Below are positions 37,934-46,898 of a stretch of 47,029 nt of DNA, in pieces. Below the pieces are notes generated by a model. The model saw nothing but the letters and a program-made list of their open reading frames with translations. It searched no databases and had not been told where the DNA came from. The stretch's first letter is position 1. Each line of letters opens with the position of its first letter. The DNA lies in NCBI GenBank assembly GCA_965249485.1, contig CBDFMG010000001.1:1-47029 (forward strand). Reading direction: 5' to 3'. Origin of the DNA: a bacterium (lineage in GTDB: Bacteria; SM23-31). The position numbers were made by a program, and so were the translations under genes.

Positions 37934-38096
37934 CAATAACGCCGTAAACCCTCGCCGTTGGAGGACGGGGAAATAAGGCGCCATTATTGGGTTGGATTAT
38001 TTTGATTTTCAATGTATTGCTTGAGTACTTCTATAGGTGCGCCGCCCATCTTCTGCTACTTGCACCCCATTTTTTCACATGCCTGAAAGAACGTAT
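37934..38096 (+). mobile_element. Eroded left-end remnant of IS605 element 2, inserted after TTAG
   Basis: Matches 42220-42562 with two internal deletions. Confidence 0.85.
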
Positions 38097-38381
38097 ACAT
38101 GCAGGGCAAGATTGCTTATCGCCGTGCTGAGACCCCTCCGGGGGTCCAAAAAACTACTCCCGGGCACAGATCGCCTCTCAGAGGGCCTTGAAATGGGCCG
38201 GATTTTCAGAAGAATTTCTGCCCTGGCCAGGATATTTTTGTATAAATATAATTTGATATGCCCAGGGTAACAAGTAGCGCTTTCATCCCACGGCTAAAGC
38301 CACAAAGTAAGGATGGGTGCGCTTTTCTCTTAAAAATTTTCTATATTTCGATTATTCACTAACCTTTAATTAAGAACTGAC

Positions 38382-38711
38382 ATGACTTCCTTCTTGAATA
38401 TGCTTAAATCAATGGCCATTGCAGGAATGATGCTTTTATTCTTTGTGGCTGTAACAATGAGTTCATGTGGCGGTACTCCAAAAGACCAAGGATCGGAAAG
38501 CACAGAAAGCGTTGATGCCCATGCGGCGGAAAGTGAAGAACATCCCGAGGGCGAAGAACAACCGACGGATAGCGCTGCAGCGGCGGTGGCAGACAAAGAG
38601 CACCCCGAGGGCGAAGAACAACCGACGGATAGCGTTGCAGCGGCGGTGGCAGACGAAGAGCACCCCGAAGGTGAGAAAGAGGCTGAGGCCAAAGGAGAGG
38701 GAGAGCAGTAG
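38382..38711 (+). CDS. Acidic lipoprotein with 20-aa EHP tandem repeats
   Basis: Lipobox TMSS-C; a 60-bp repeat (EHPEGEEQPTDSxAAAVADx) occurs twice plus a partial third copy. Confidence 0.75.
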   Translation: MTSFLNMLKSMAIAGMMLLFFVAVTMSSCGGTPKDQGSESTESVDAHAAESEEHPEGEEQPTDSAAAAVADKEHPEGEEQPTDSVAAAVADEEHPEGEKEAEAKGEGEQ

Positions 38712-38837
38712 GGTCCCAATAAATCAACTGCCCGGGTTGGTTCTCTTGAATGAGAATGTAGTTTCAACATGACCCCGGTTTACCTTCGATCTCCAGGACA
38801 GGGTAAGCCAAAAAGTTTATATATCGTGCCGTGGTGA

Positions 38838-38970
38838 CGATCATCCAGCGGGTGTTTACGGCTTGGTCCCTGATCATCTTCTCTACCTGCCCGAAGCGTT
38901 TCTCTACCTGTTCGAAGCGTTCTTTGGTGATTTCTTCCATCTGGTCGAAACGCTGTTCCAGACGCTCAAT
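38838..38970 (-). pseudogene. Internal fragment of the DUF1640 gene
   Basis: IERLEQRFDQMEEITKERFEQVEKRFGQVEKMIRDQAVNTRWMI. Confidence 0.8.
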
Positions 38971-39192
38971 AGCCAATCGGGGTTTCGGCAATGGATTTCA
39001 GAGCAATCCCTGAAAGCCCAGGCTTTGATTGGTCTGAAACCCTGTGGTTTACTCCATTGCCGGGAACGAAGGGGTGGCATGTGCTCGAAGAGACATGAGC
39101 CGCACATGCGCGGCTTGACCAGGCTTTGGGGTTTTTTGAGCATGGTTGTGAAGTGAAAGGGTATATTCTTTGGCAGGTGGGCAAAACTGCGG
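38970..39192. repeat. Structured repeat E2, copy 2
   Basis: Aligns with 18747-18945 and 44483-44660. Confidence 0.8.
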
Positions 39193-39231
39193 CTGATAGA
39201 CTTGCTCAGAGCGCCTTGAAATGGCCCGTAA

Positions 39232-39588
39232 TCAGAACAGTTTCAGAGCACCCAGCAGCAGAGAAAGGGCAACAAACATGACACCGATCATCCAGCGGGT
39301 GTTTACGGCCTGGTCCCTGATCATCTTCTCTACCTGGTCGAAGCGTTTCTCTACTTGTCCGAAACGTTCTCTGGTGGTTTCTTCCATCTGTTCAAAACGT
39401 TTGTCTACCTGGTCGAAACGCTGTTCCAGCCGCTCAATATCCTGTCTGGTGGCCTTTTGCAGCTGCTCAATATCCTGTTTGGTAGCCAGCTGTTCTGTGA
39501 TTTCGGCCAGGATCTGGGCCTGCTCTTCGGCCGTGGCAGGTTGCATGCCTGCTTTGATGAGCCGTTTGGAGATGGTAAGGGTATTCAT
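39232..39588 (-). CDS. DUF1640/Bdr-like protein, copy 5 (118 aa)
   Basis: Same family; longest stalk. Confidence 0.8.
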   Translation of the reverse strand: MNTLTISKRLIKAGMQPATAEEQAQILAEITEQLATKQDIEQLQKATRQDIERLEQRFDQVDKRFEQMEETTRERFGQVEKRFDQVEKMIRDQAVNTRWMIGVMFVALSLLLGALKLF

Positions 39589-39757
39589 CTTTGGGTTGTG
39601 AAGCCAGAGGCAAAGGTGGCAAAGAGCTGTGGGCTTTGCAAGTGTAGAATCACCCCACCAGTGGCGAGTCGAGCGACCAGATACCCTGGCCAGTGTGGCC
39701 GGCAATCATGGTGCCTTCCCGGTCTCTCCCAAAGCCCCTGGTCAGTTTTAGCTAACC

Positions 39758-40339
39758 CCTGCATGGATGAAACGCCCAAACAATTGATTAAGGAAACCAG
39801 GATAACCGAGCCGATGCAAAAGGGCAAAGCAACCAGGGTGGATTATGAATACCGGCGTTGCGGGGTGTGTAATGTGTTTATTGCCAGTGAGCCGGTCACA
39901 GGAAAGCGAATGGTTAAGCTTACCGAGAGGAAAACCCGGAAAGACTGGGCTAAGTTCATCAAAGAGATTGCTGATCAGATGTATCCTGATTCTGGGAAGA
40001 TCACCTTAGTGATGGACAATTATATCACACATACAGCTGCCTCCTTATATGAAACATATCCTCCCGAAGAAGCAAAAAGAATATGGGATCGGTTTGAGCT
40101 TGTATATACACCAAAACATGGAAGCTGGCTGAATATGGCAGAAATTGAACTCAGTGTGCTTTCCAGACAATGCTTAAGTAGACGAATTGACAGTATGGAG
40201 ATAATCCGAAAAGAAGTGAAAGCATGGGAGGAACATCGAAACAACAAGAACGCCAGTATTGATTGGCGCTTTACAACAAAAGATGCACGGATAAAATTAA
40301 AAAAGCTTTATCCGTCAATTCGAACTTGACATGACACTA
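39758..40339 (+). mobile_element. IS630-family element, 3' half only (DDE domain and right end)
   Basis: CMDETPKQL, DYEYRR.G, LVMDN and YTPKHGSWLNMAEIE; ends ...GACAC|TA; HTH half absent. Confidence 0.85.
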
Positions 40340-40504
40340 GTTCAATTCTACAATACCATGGTCGCAGGCAACTATGATTGTGTTTTTGGCAGGAGATTTA
40401 TTAAGGGCTACCAAACTCTTGGACAAATCGAAAATATGGCAAATCAAATCTGTCTATTAGAGAAATGGGCAGCAGATACTTTTTTATACTTCTATATTGT
40501 TTAA

Positions 40505-42181
40505 TTGAGAAATATTTTTCTAAAGGTGATTTCAACAAAAAATGGGATTAAGCGGGTGTTCAACTTTGGTAAACAGGTTTTAACTGTTTTACCCAAAATA
40601 TTGCTGAACAGGTACCTGTTTTTGGCTGCTATCTCGATAGTTGCAGTTTATAGCGCCATGCTTAATTTCAACGGCAAGGCCATGTATGGATTGATCCCAG
40701 CCTATGAGCGCTTTGGAGATTTTTTCACCAGTGGGTTAGACTTTGAAAGCACCGTTGGCAAGCAGATCTCCACAATCCCAATTTGGGGATATGGGATTTT
40801 ATTTTTCTTTACCAAAAGCAAGACCGCCCTCATTATACTGCAACTGCTGTTTTCAGTGGTAGTTTTAATGGGGATCGACTACGCTCTTGAAAAACTCGAA
40901 TGGAAGAAGATTTCGCGCATTTTGTTTCGGTTGCTGGTTTGCAGCGCCTGGATCTGGTTTTATTTTCACACCATTCTCTGGCCCTACAGTTGGGGCGCCA
41001 ATTTATTGTTAGTCTCGCTATTCGCGATGATCTTCTATCTGCGGACGTCCCATCTCCGATATTTGGTAGCCTCAGGTATTGCATTTGGGGTTATGCTCAA
41101 TTTTCGCTCCGACTACCTCTATTTTGCAATCGGCATGGTGCTCATATTGCTTCTGCTAAATCTTGTTAAGCAGTTGAAATTTACAACCTGGCATCTTGCA
41201 GTTTGGGTTGGATTGATATTACTGGCTTTGGCACCATGGGGATGGTATTCCTATCAAAAGACAGGACATTTCTTGCTGAAATCTACCAACGGGGGCCATG
41301 TGCTGTTCATAAGCTTGGGGCAGTTGCCAGACAATAAATGGGGCATTACCCCTCTCGATGCGGACCCGAAAATGAGGCAGTTAATTGATGAAAATGTGGG
41401 GCCGGGTATCTCCACATTATCCTACGCGGCAGATACCTTCTTAACTGCAAAATGGGTAGAGCTGATTCGAGAAGATCCTGCGGAGTTTGTCAATAAAAGC
41501 AAACAAAACCTCAATACCTTAATAGAAACCCCCTTCTATAATGGTGAAGTGCTTGGCCCCAGTGGGGCCCATGCTAATCGCTACTTGGTTAACAGCACAG
41601 ATTCTGCCGTACAAAGTTTTGTTAACAACATGGCCAGCGATGCAATAAAGGTTACCAGAATTGGAGGAGTCAGTTACAGGCTATTCTTATTTCACAGCTC
41701 TATTTTCAGGTGGGTGTTCGCTGGGCTGCTTCTATTTATGATATTGCATTGGAGAAATGCATTGAGTGATCCAGTATTCGTGGTTCTATTTCCCATTGTA
41801 GGTTATCAAATCGCTGTTATCACATTTGCTTTTTATCTCACCGGATATAATAGCAACCTTATTGTTGTCTATTCAATATTGGCAGTTTATTTCTTTGTGG
41901 AGAAACTTGTCATACCCGTTTGGGCCAGGAGCTTTGTTAAGAAGGGGAGGATTTGGATAATAACCTTTCTTGTTGAGCTCAACGAAAAACTAATCTTCAA
42001 CAGAAGGCTCATCAGACATTACAGAATAAAATTCAAAGAACCTATCAGGTGTGTGGTGGATGTTGGCGCCAATACTGGCCAGTCAATTGATCTTTTCCTA
42101 CAACTTAATTCTCAATGCCGGGTTATTGCGTTTAAACCTAGTACGCCTTCCCATTATCCACAAAAGTACGAGTTTCCATAG
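40505..42181 (+). CDS. Polytopic membrane protein (GT-C glycosyltransferase-like) running in frame into a truncated FkbM-like methyltransferase fragment
   Basis: Many TM helices; LNFRSD and LAPW..YSY..TG; then VVDVGANTGQS...VIAFKP, cut at about 42140. Confidence 0.55.
   Translation: MRNIFLKVISTKNGIKRVFNFGKQVLTVLPKILLNRYLFLAAISIVAVYSAMLNFNGKAMYGLIPAYERFGDFFTSGLDFESTVGKQISTIPIWGYGILFFFTKSKTALIILQLLFSVVVLMGIDYALEKLEWKKISRILFRLLVCSAWIWFYFHTILWPYSWGANLLLVSLFAMIFYLRTSHLRYLVASGIAFGVMLNFRSDYLYFAIGMVLILLLLNLVKQLKFTTWHLAVWVGLILLALAPWGWYSYQKTGHFLLKSTNGGHVLFISLGQLPDNKWGITPLDADPKMRQLIDENVGPGISTLSYAADTFLTAKWVELIREDPAEFVNKSKQNLNTLIETPFYNGEVLGPSGAHANRYLVNSTDSAVQSFVNNMASDAIKVTRIGGVSYRLFLFHSSIFRWVFAGLLLFMILHWRNALSDPVFVVLFPIVGYQIAVITFAFYLTGYNSNLIVVYSILAVYFFVEKLVIPVWARSFVKKGRIWIITFLVELNEKLIFNRRLIRHYRIKFKEPIRCVVDVGANTGQSIDLFLQLNSQCRVIAFKPSTPSHYPQKYEFP
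42140..42154 (-). pseudogene. First five codons (MGRRT) of a deleted Rep2 paralog
   Basis: ATGGGAAGGCGTACT encodes the same N-terminus as rep2; upstream DNA aligns with the rep2 leader; DnaA box at 42154-42162. Confidence 0.55.
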
Positions 42182-42269
42182 ACACTACCCACATTTAACA
42201 TCCAAAAACTCGTAGTTAGCAATAACGCCGTAAACCCTCGCCGTTGGACGGCGGGGATATAAGGCGCCA

Positions 42270-42680
42270 TTATTGGGTTGGATTATTTTGATTTTCAATG
42301 TATTGCTTGAGTACTTCTATAGGTGCGCCGCCCACACTTGCAGCAAAGTAGCTTCTTGACCAAAGAGCTGATGTTTTACTAAAACGCTTAAGGTCGGCAA
42401 ACTCACTTCTCAATCTTCTGCTACTTACAGCCTTGAGAGCGTTAACGATAACAGAAACGGAGTGCTTGGGAGGATATTGAATCAAAAGATGGACATGGTC
42501 AACTTCCCCATTAAATTCAAGTAATTGGCACCCCATTTTTTCACATGCCTGAAAGAACGTATTCTTCAAGAAAATCATATGCTGTCTTTTAAATATTTTT
42601 TTCCGATACTTTGGTGTGAACACCAGGTGTGTCTTTAAATTGGTAACCGAATGCCTTTTTCTGATTAAATCGTTGTACAC
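42270..42680 (-). CDS. tnpA: IS200/IS605 Y1 transposase
   Basis: HLVFTPKYRK, DHVHLL, LWSRSYFAAS.GG and YIENQ. Confidence 0.95.
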   Translation of the reverse strand: MYNDLIRKRHSVTNLKTHLVFTPKYRKKIFKRQHMIFLKNTFFQACEKMGCQLLEFNGEVDHVHLLIQYPPKHSVSVIVNALKAVSSRRLRSEFADLKRFSKTSALWSRSYFAASVGGAPIEVLKQYIENQNNPTQ

Positions 42681-42759
42681 TGAAATACACTTAATTTAAA
42701 ACACTTAAATATAGTCATTATAAGCCTGTATTGTTATATTTACATGCATACACACTGAT

Positions 42760-43938
42760 ATGTTAAGAGCGACTAAAGTACGCATATATCCCACCGGACA
42801 ACAAACCGTTTTTTTAAACGCTCAATTTGGCGCCATACGCTTTGTGTACAACAGGGCTCTGGATATTAAAAAACATTGGTACACACATCATCAAAGGTCA
42901 CTGAGTGTCAAAAATGACCTCAAGCCATTACTGGCTGTTGCCAAGAAGAGCGGCAAATACAATTGGTTGAGCCAATATGATGCCATCGCATTACAGCAAG
43001 CATGTCTTAACCTGGATCGCGCTTTTCAAAACTTCTTTGACAAAAAGTTTGCGGCCAGATACCCCCGTGTCAAGCGTAAACGCGGCAAGCAGTCCAGCTA
43101 CCATTGTACAAGCGTCAGTTTTGGCGATAACTGGATCAAAGTGCCAAAATGTCAACCCGTCAAAGCACGTATTCATCGTGCTATTGAAGGTAAGCTGAGA
43201 AGTATCACATTGTCTCGAAGCGCAACAGGTAAATACTACGCTTCTTTGCTTGTAGAAGATGGATTGAAAACACCATCTCCTATTACAACAGTGGATGAAA
43301 ATAAAGTGATTGGCCTTGACCTTGGATTAACCCATTTGATAGTTGATTCAAATTTTCAAAAGATCGATAACCCAGGGTTTATAAAGCAATCCTTGGGCAA
43401 CCTGCGGCGCAAACAAAAGAAATTGTCCCGAAAACAAAAAGGAAGCCAGGGAAGGGCCAGGGCAAGATTGCTTGTTGCCAAATGCCATGAGCGGACAGCC
43501 AATGCCCGAAACCACTTTCAGCACATCCTGAGCAAACAACTGGTTGACGAAAACCAGGCAATCGTTATGGAATCGTTGAAAGTCAGAAACATGCTCAAAA
43601 ACCGCAGGTTGTCAAAGCACATAGCTGATGCGTCCTGGCACTCACTGGGACTAAAAATCGGGTACAAAGCGAAAGCTCAAGGTAAACACAAGATAGAAAT
43701 TGATGGATTTTTCCCGAGTTCAAAAATCCATAATGCCTGTGGTCATAAAGTCGAATCAATGCCTTTAGGCGTCCGCAATTGGGATTGTCCCTGTTGCGGA
43801 AAAAAAGGGATTGACCGAGATCAGAATGCTGCTTTGAATATCAAAGAGCAAGGTATACTGAAATTAAAGGCGGCTGGTCTGACCGTCTCTGCCAATGGAG
43901 GCCTGCGTAAATCTGTCCTGGCGACAGTTGCGGCCTGA
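42760..43938 (+). CDS. tnpB: TnpB RNA-guided nuclease (392 aa)
   Basis: KVRIYPT, GLDLGL, VMESL, FPSSK, WDCPCC and DRDQNAA; RuvC triad intact. Confidence 0.95.
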   Translation: MLRATKVRIYPTGQQTVFLNAQFGAIRFVYNRALDIKKHWYTHHQRSLSVKNDLKPLLAVAKKSGKYNWLSQYDAIALQQACLNLDRAFQNFFDKKFAARYPRVKRKRGKQSSYHCTSVSFGDNWIKVPKCQPVKARIHRAIEGKLRSITLSRSATGKYYASLLVEDGLKTPSPITTVDENKVIGLDLGLTHLIVDSNFQKIDNPGFIKQSLGNLRRKQKKLSRKQKGSQGRARARLLVAKCHERTANARNHFQHILSKQLVDENQAIVMESLKVRNMLKNRRLSKHIADASWHSLGLKIGYKAKAQGKHKIEIDGFFPSSKIHNACGHKVESMPLGVRNWDCPCCGKKGIDRDQNAALNIKEQGILKLKAAGLTVSANGGLRKSVLATVAA

Positions 43939-43979
43939 GAAGTTGGAAGCCTCGCCTGAGTAAGGCGGGGAGCAGTCAC

Positions 43980-44230
43980 CCCAAAAAAATATCATGTAAC
44001 TCATTTATAATCAATGAGTTACATCAATTTTCAAAAAACCGATAAACATATGATATACATTGTTTTAAGATAAACATGAAAAAGAAATCGCTAACTATCT
44101 GATTACAAGCTGGTTAAGGTTTCCTCCCCTGAACATTTAGTACAGTTCAGTTTGTGTTTTCAATGGTTATCCACATTTCTTTTCAGTTTGTAAAAAAAAC
44201 TGAAAAGAAATTCCAGCCGCACAAACAGTG
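43980..44230. repeat. Origin B paralog with DnaA box
   Basis: Aligns with about 17975-18227; TTATCCACA at 44167-44175. Confidence 0.7.
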
Positions 44231-44482
44231 AAAACAAGGAGAAAAATCTCTTCTCCAAATCGATTTTTCACTTTTTCAAATGGCCCCCACACAATCCCAA
44301 TTTGGCCGGCTCCTGCCGCTCCGTCTCCCGCATGGCCAGTGCGCCCCGGAGCCCGGCCAGCTTTCGGTTCAAGGGGAAAAAACGGGGGCTTTGGGGGAGC
44401 TGGGCGGATGGCAGGCGGGGCCTGTGGCCACTCATGCCCCCTCCGAGAGGAGATCTCTGCCCGGGGGGTAGTTGTTTACCAG
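44231..44482. repeat. Backbone element C1, copy 4
   Basis: Aligns with the other C1 copies. Confidence 0.85.
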
Positions 44483-44660
44483 ACCAATCGGGGTTTCGGC
44501 AATGGATTTCAGAGCAATCCCTGAAAAGCCCAGGCTTTGATTGGTCTGAAACCCTGTGGTTTACTCCATTGCCGAAACGAAGGGGTGGCATGTGCTCGAA
44601 GAGACATGAGCCGCACATGCGCGGGCCTGGCCAGGCTTCGGGTTTTTTTGAACATGTGAA
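44483..44660. repeat. Structured repeat E2, copy 3
   Basis: Perfect 14-bp inverted repeat 44493-44506/44565-44578. Confidence 0.8.
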
Positions 44661-44671
44661 ATGGCCCGTGA

Positions 44672-44974
44672 TCAGAACAGTTTCAGGGCACCCAGCAGCA
44701 GAGAAAGGGCAACAAACATGATGCCCATCATCCAGCGGGTGTTTACGGCCTGGTCCCTGATCATCTTCTCTATCTGTTCAAAACGTTTGTCTACCTGGTC
44801 GAAACGCTGTTCCAGCTGCTCAATATCCTGTCTGGTAGCCTTTTGCAGCTGCTCAATATCCTGTTTGGTAGCCAGCTCGGATGTGATCTCTGCCAAGATC
44901 TGGGCCTGCTCTTCGGCCGTGGCAGGTTGCATGCCGGCCTTGATGAGCCGTTTGGAGATGGTAAGGGTATTCAT
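44672..44974 (-). CDS. DUF1640/Bdr-like protein, copy 6 (100 aa)
   Basis: Same family; intact. Confidence 0.8.
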   Translation of the reverse strand: MNTLTISKRLIKAGMQPATAEEQAQILAEITSELATKQDIEQLQKATRQDIEQLEQRFDQVDKRFEQIEKMIRDQAVNTRWMMGIMFVALSLLLGALKLF

Positions 44975-45337
44975 ATTTGAGCCTGTGAACTCACCCCTCA
45001 AAGGTGGAAAAGAGCTGCGGGCTTTGCAAGTGGAGATCCGAAGAAACCCCGGAGAATAATGGTAACACTTTTCAAAAGATCGATCTTCGCCCCTGAGTTG
45101 ACAGGCACCAAATCATGTTTATCACCATTCATTCAGGTTCATTCTCCAAACTTTCCCAAATCCATTATATCAAAAATCAGATTTTTTTTACCCAAAGGGC
45201 AGAAATCACCCCCCCGGCCCGGGGGACATTCACCCTGTCATGTTGACCTGTTTTCTGCGGAAAATGCAATTCAAAGGCCCTCAGAATCGTGTATTTGAGA
45301 CCAAACGGTCCCCGGGCCCCGGATATGGCAACCTTTT

Positions 45338-45366
45338 CAGTTACATAATCAGCAGTTATGTTAAAT
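45338..45366 (+). other. dif/cer-like Xer recombination site
   Basis: CAGTTACATAA-TCAGCAG-TTATGTTAAAT; the upstream ~80 bp is homologous to the XerC-side flank of the 2371 site. Confidence 0.7.
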
Positions 45367-45476
45367 ACATACAAAATCAATCTGGAAAAGTCAAGTCCGA
45401 TGAAAAAGTTTACCAGCAATTACGGATCTTTGCAGGAGATTTCTAAGAATGGGAGGATCGGTAATAGAAGGATCCT

Positions 45477-45924
45477 TTACCACTTGTGACTTTGCCCGAA
45501 GCGGGGCTGCAACTCCAGGGTTGCCGAATTGCTCTTGCCGAAGGAGTCGATGACCGTAAATTCTATCATGTATGTACCAGTCTGAAAAACAGCCGCTTTC
45601 ATCACGATAGAATCTTGCTTGCTGTCAGGGGAGATTAACTGCATATCCACCAGTATACTGTCGGATTGAAATAGCTCCAGCCAATTCCCTGCCGTGTGAA
45701 TCCTTACCGCTTCAATGTTGGCGTTCACATCTTCGATCCTGATGCCAAACCGAAAGAGAAACAACCCGAATTCATCATCACTCACCTTTACCGAATCGGC
45801 CCGCTTTCAAAGCCGGTGTGCAAGGTTATCCCTGGCCTGGTGCAGAGTTCAACCCTTCGATATACTGTCTTGAATCACAAGCGCTTACGCCGATTATCAA
45901 TGCATATAAAACCAACTTTCGCAT
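45477..45924 (-). pseudogene. Frameshifted lipoprotein gene fragment
   Basis: MRKLVLYALIIGVSA-C lipobox from ATG 45924; continues in another frame as a beta-rich segment (45477-45785). Confidence 0.45.
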
Positions 45925-45953
45925 ATCCCTGCTTTTCCACAATCTGGCCCATG

Positions 45954-46175
45954 TCAATGCCCGAAAACTTTATCCTCCAGTCGCCCGATTCTCTTTTCAT
46001 GTTCGATAAGTGTATCGAGCTTGATCAGGATGCCTTCAAATATCGCGGAATGTTTTTCCAGGATCGCAGTGATCTTGGTGAATCCTTCAGTATGTTGATC
46101 CAGTCTCTCGGTATGTTGATCCAGTCTCTGGAGAATTTCTGATAACAGCTCTACGATTCTTTCTTCATTTTTCAT
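45954..46175 (-). CDS. Small coiled-coil hypothetical protein (73 aa)
   Basis: MKNEERIVELLSEIL-RLDQHTE-RLDQHTE...HEKRIGRLE; the longer ORF call is a read-through from the S8 fragment. Confidence 0.6.
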   Translation of the reverse strand: MKNEERIVELLSEILQRLDQHTERLDQHTEGFTKITAILEKHSAIFEGILIKLDTLIEHEKRIGRLEDKVFGH

Positions 46176-46199
46176 AACCCAGGTTTTCAGTTTTTCACA

Positions 46200-46898
46200 A
46201 ACTTCACGTGTGTTTGCCACCACCCGGCCCATATTCATGCCATGGCGGTTGGTCTCAGGCGATCTTATCGAGGTGGTATCACCGGTATCATAATAGAAGT
46301 CGTATCCATACCGGTCATCGACATAACCGTTGCCATCATCGTCGAGTCCGTTGCCATATACCTCATCCTGGTTTTCCCAACGGCGCCCGTCCAGATCCCG
46401 ATGATACCTGATCACCAATTCACCTAATTCACCGTCATCATCTCGTTCCCGGTATCTGAATCCCTGCCCCAGCCCGGTATCGATTGCTGCCGTAATACTC
46501 TCTTTCAAAAGCATACTTCAGCCCGATGTCCCGTCCTGTCAGGTTGGTGTCCAGTCCACAAAAAGATGGGTTGAACCTCTCTTCGTCATAATAGTACGCC
46601 CCGTGCAGCCCGAGAACAAGATCATAAGGGGCCCGGCGCGCACGTCGGGAAAATCGGTCGCCTCGGGATGATCGTTCCACACCGCACCACCACATCCTGT
46701 GCCATCAGGAATAGATTGAATCAGTGTGGAATCCACATCGGGAATGATTTCATCTGGTTGATCGTCTGTTGTTTGTTCCAGGGTGAGGGTTTTTGCCGAG
46801 CTTCCGCTGTATTCTGCCTGGAGGGCATCGGGGGGTTCCTGCGAGGGCACAAGGGCCATTAACAGGAATACAGAAAGGCTGAAAAACTTTTTATTCAT
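46200..46898 (-). pseudogene. S8 peptidase N-terminal half, frameshifted and truncated
   Basis: Signal peptide MNKKFFSLS; IDTG, NGLDDDGNGYVDD and ETNRHG.MG.VVA; paralogous to 15272-16218. Confidence 0.75.

Larger units (their letters stand above)
42220..43979 (+). mobile_element. IS200/IS605-family element 2 (divergent tnpA/tnpB), inserted after TTAG
   Basis: Left end TTAG|CAATAACGCCGTAAAC plus hairpin; right end GAAG-CCTCGCCT..AGGCGGGG..TCAC. The flanks rejoin colinearly with the rep2 leader. Confidence 0.9.

Noticed and set aside
39095..39120. Group II intron domain V or HEARO/omega-RNA resemblance within E2 (GAGCCG...CGGCTT, TTGACCAG)
   Set aside because: The stem is too short for domain V, the motif order does not fit, and no RT or IscB ORF is present.
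39355..40329. 324-aa full-length IS630 transposase
   Set aside because: The N-terminal ~135 aa is antisense DUF1640 and leader DNA; only the DDE half from about 39758 is transposase.
2499..44974. Diversity-generating retroelement or integron explaining the repeats
   Set aside because: No reverse transcriptase or integrase in the window; variation is repeat-unit indels and mixed substitutions rather than adenine-specific; no attC-type GTTRRRY ends recognised.
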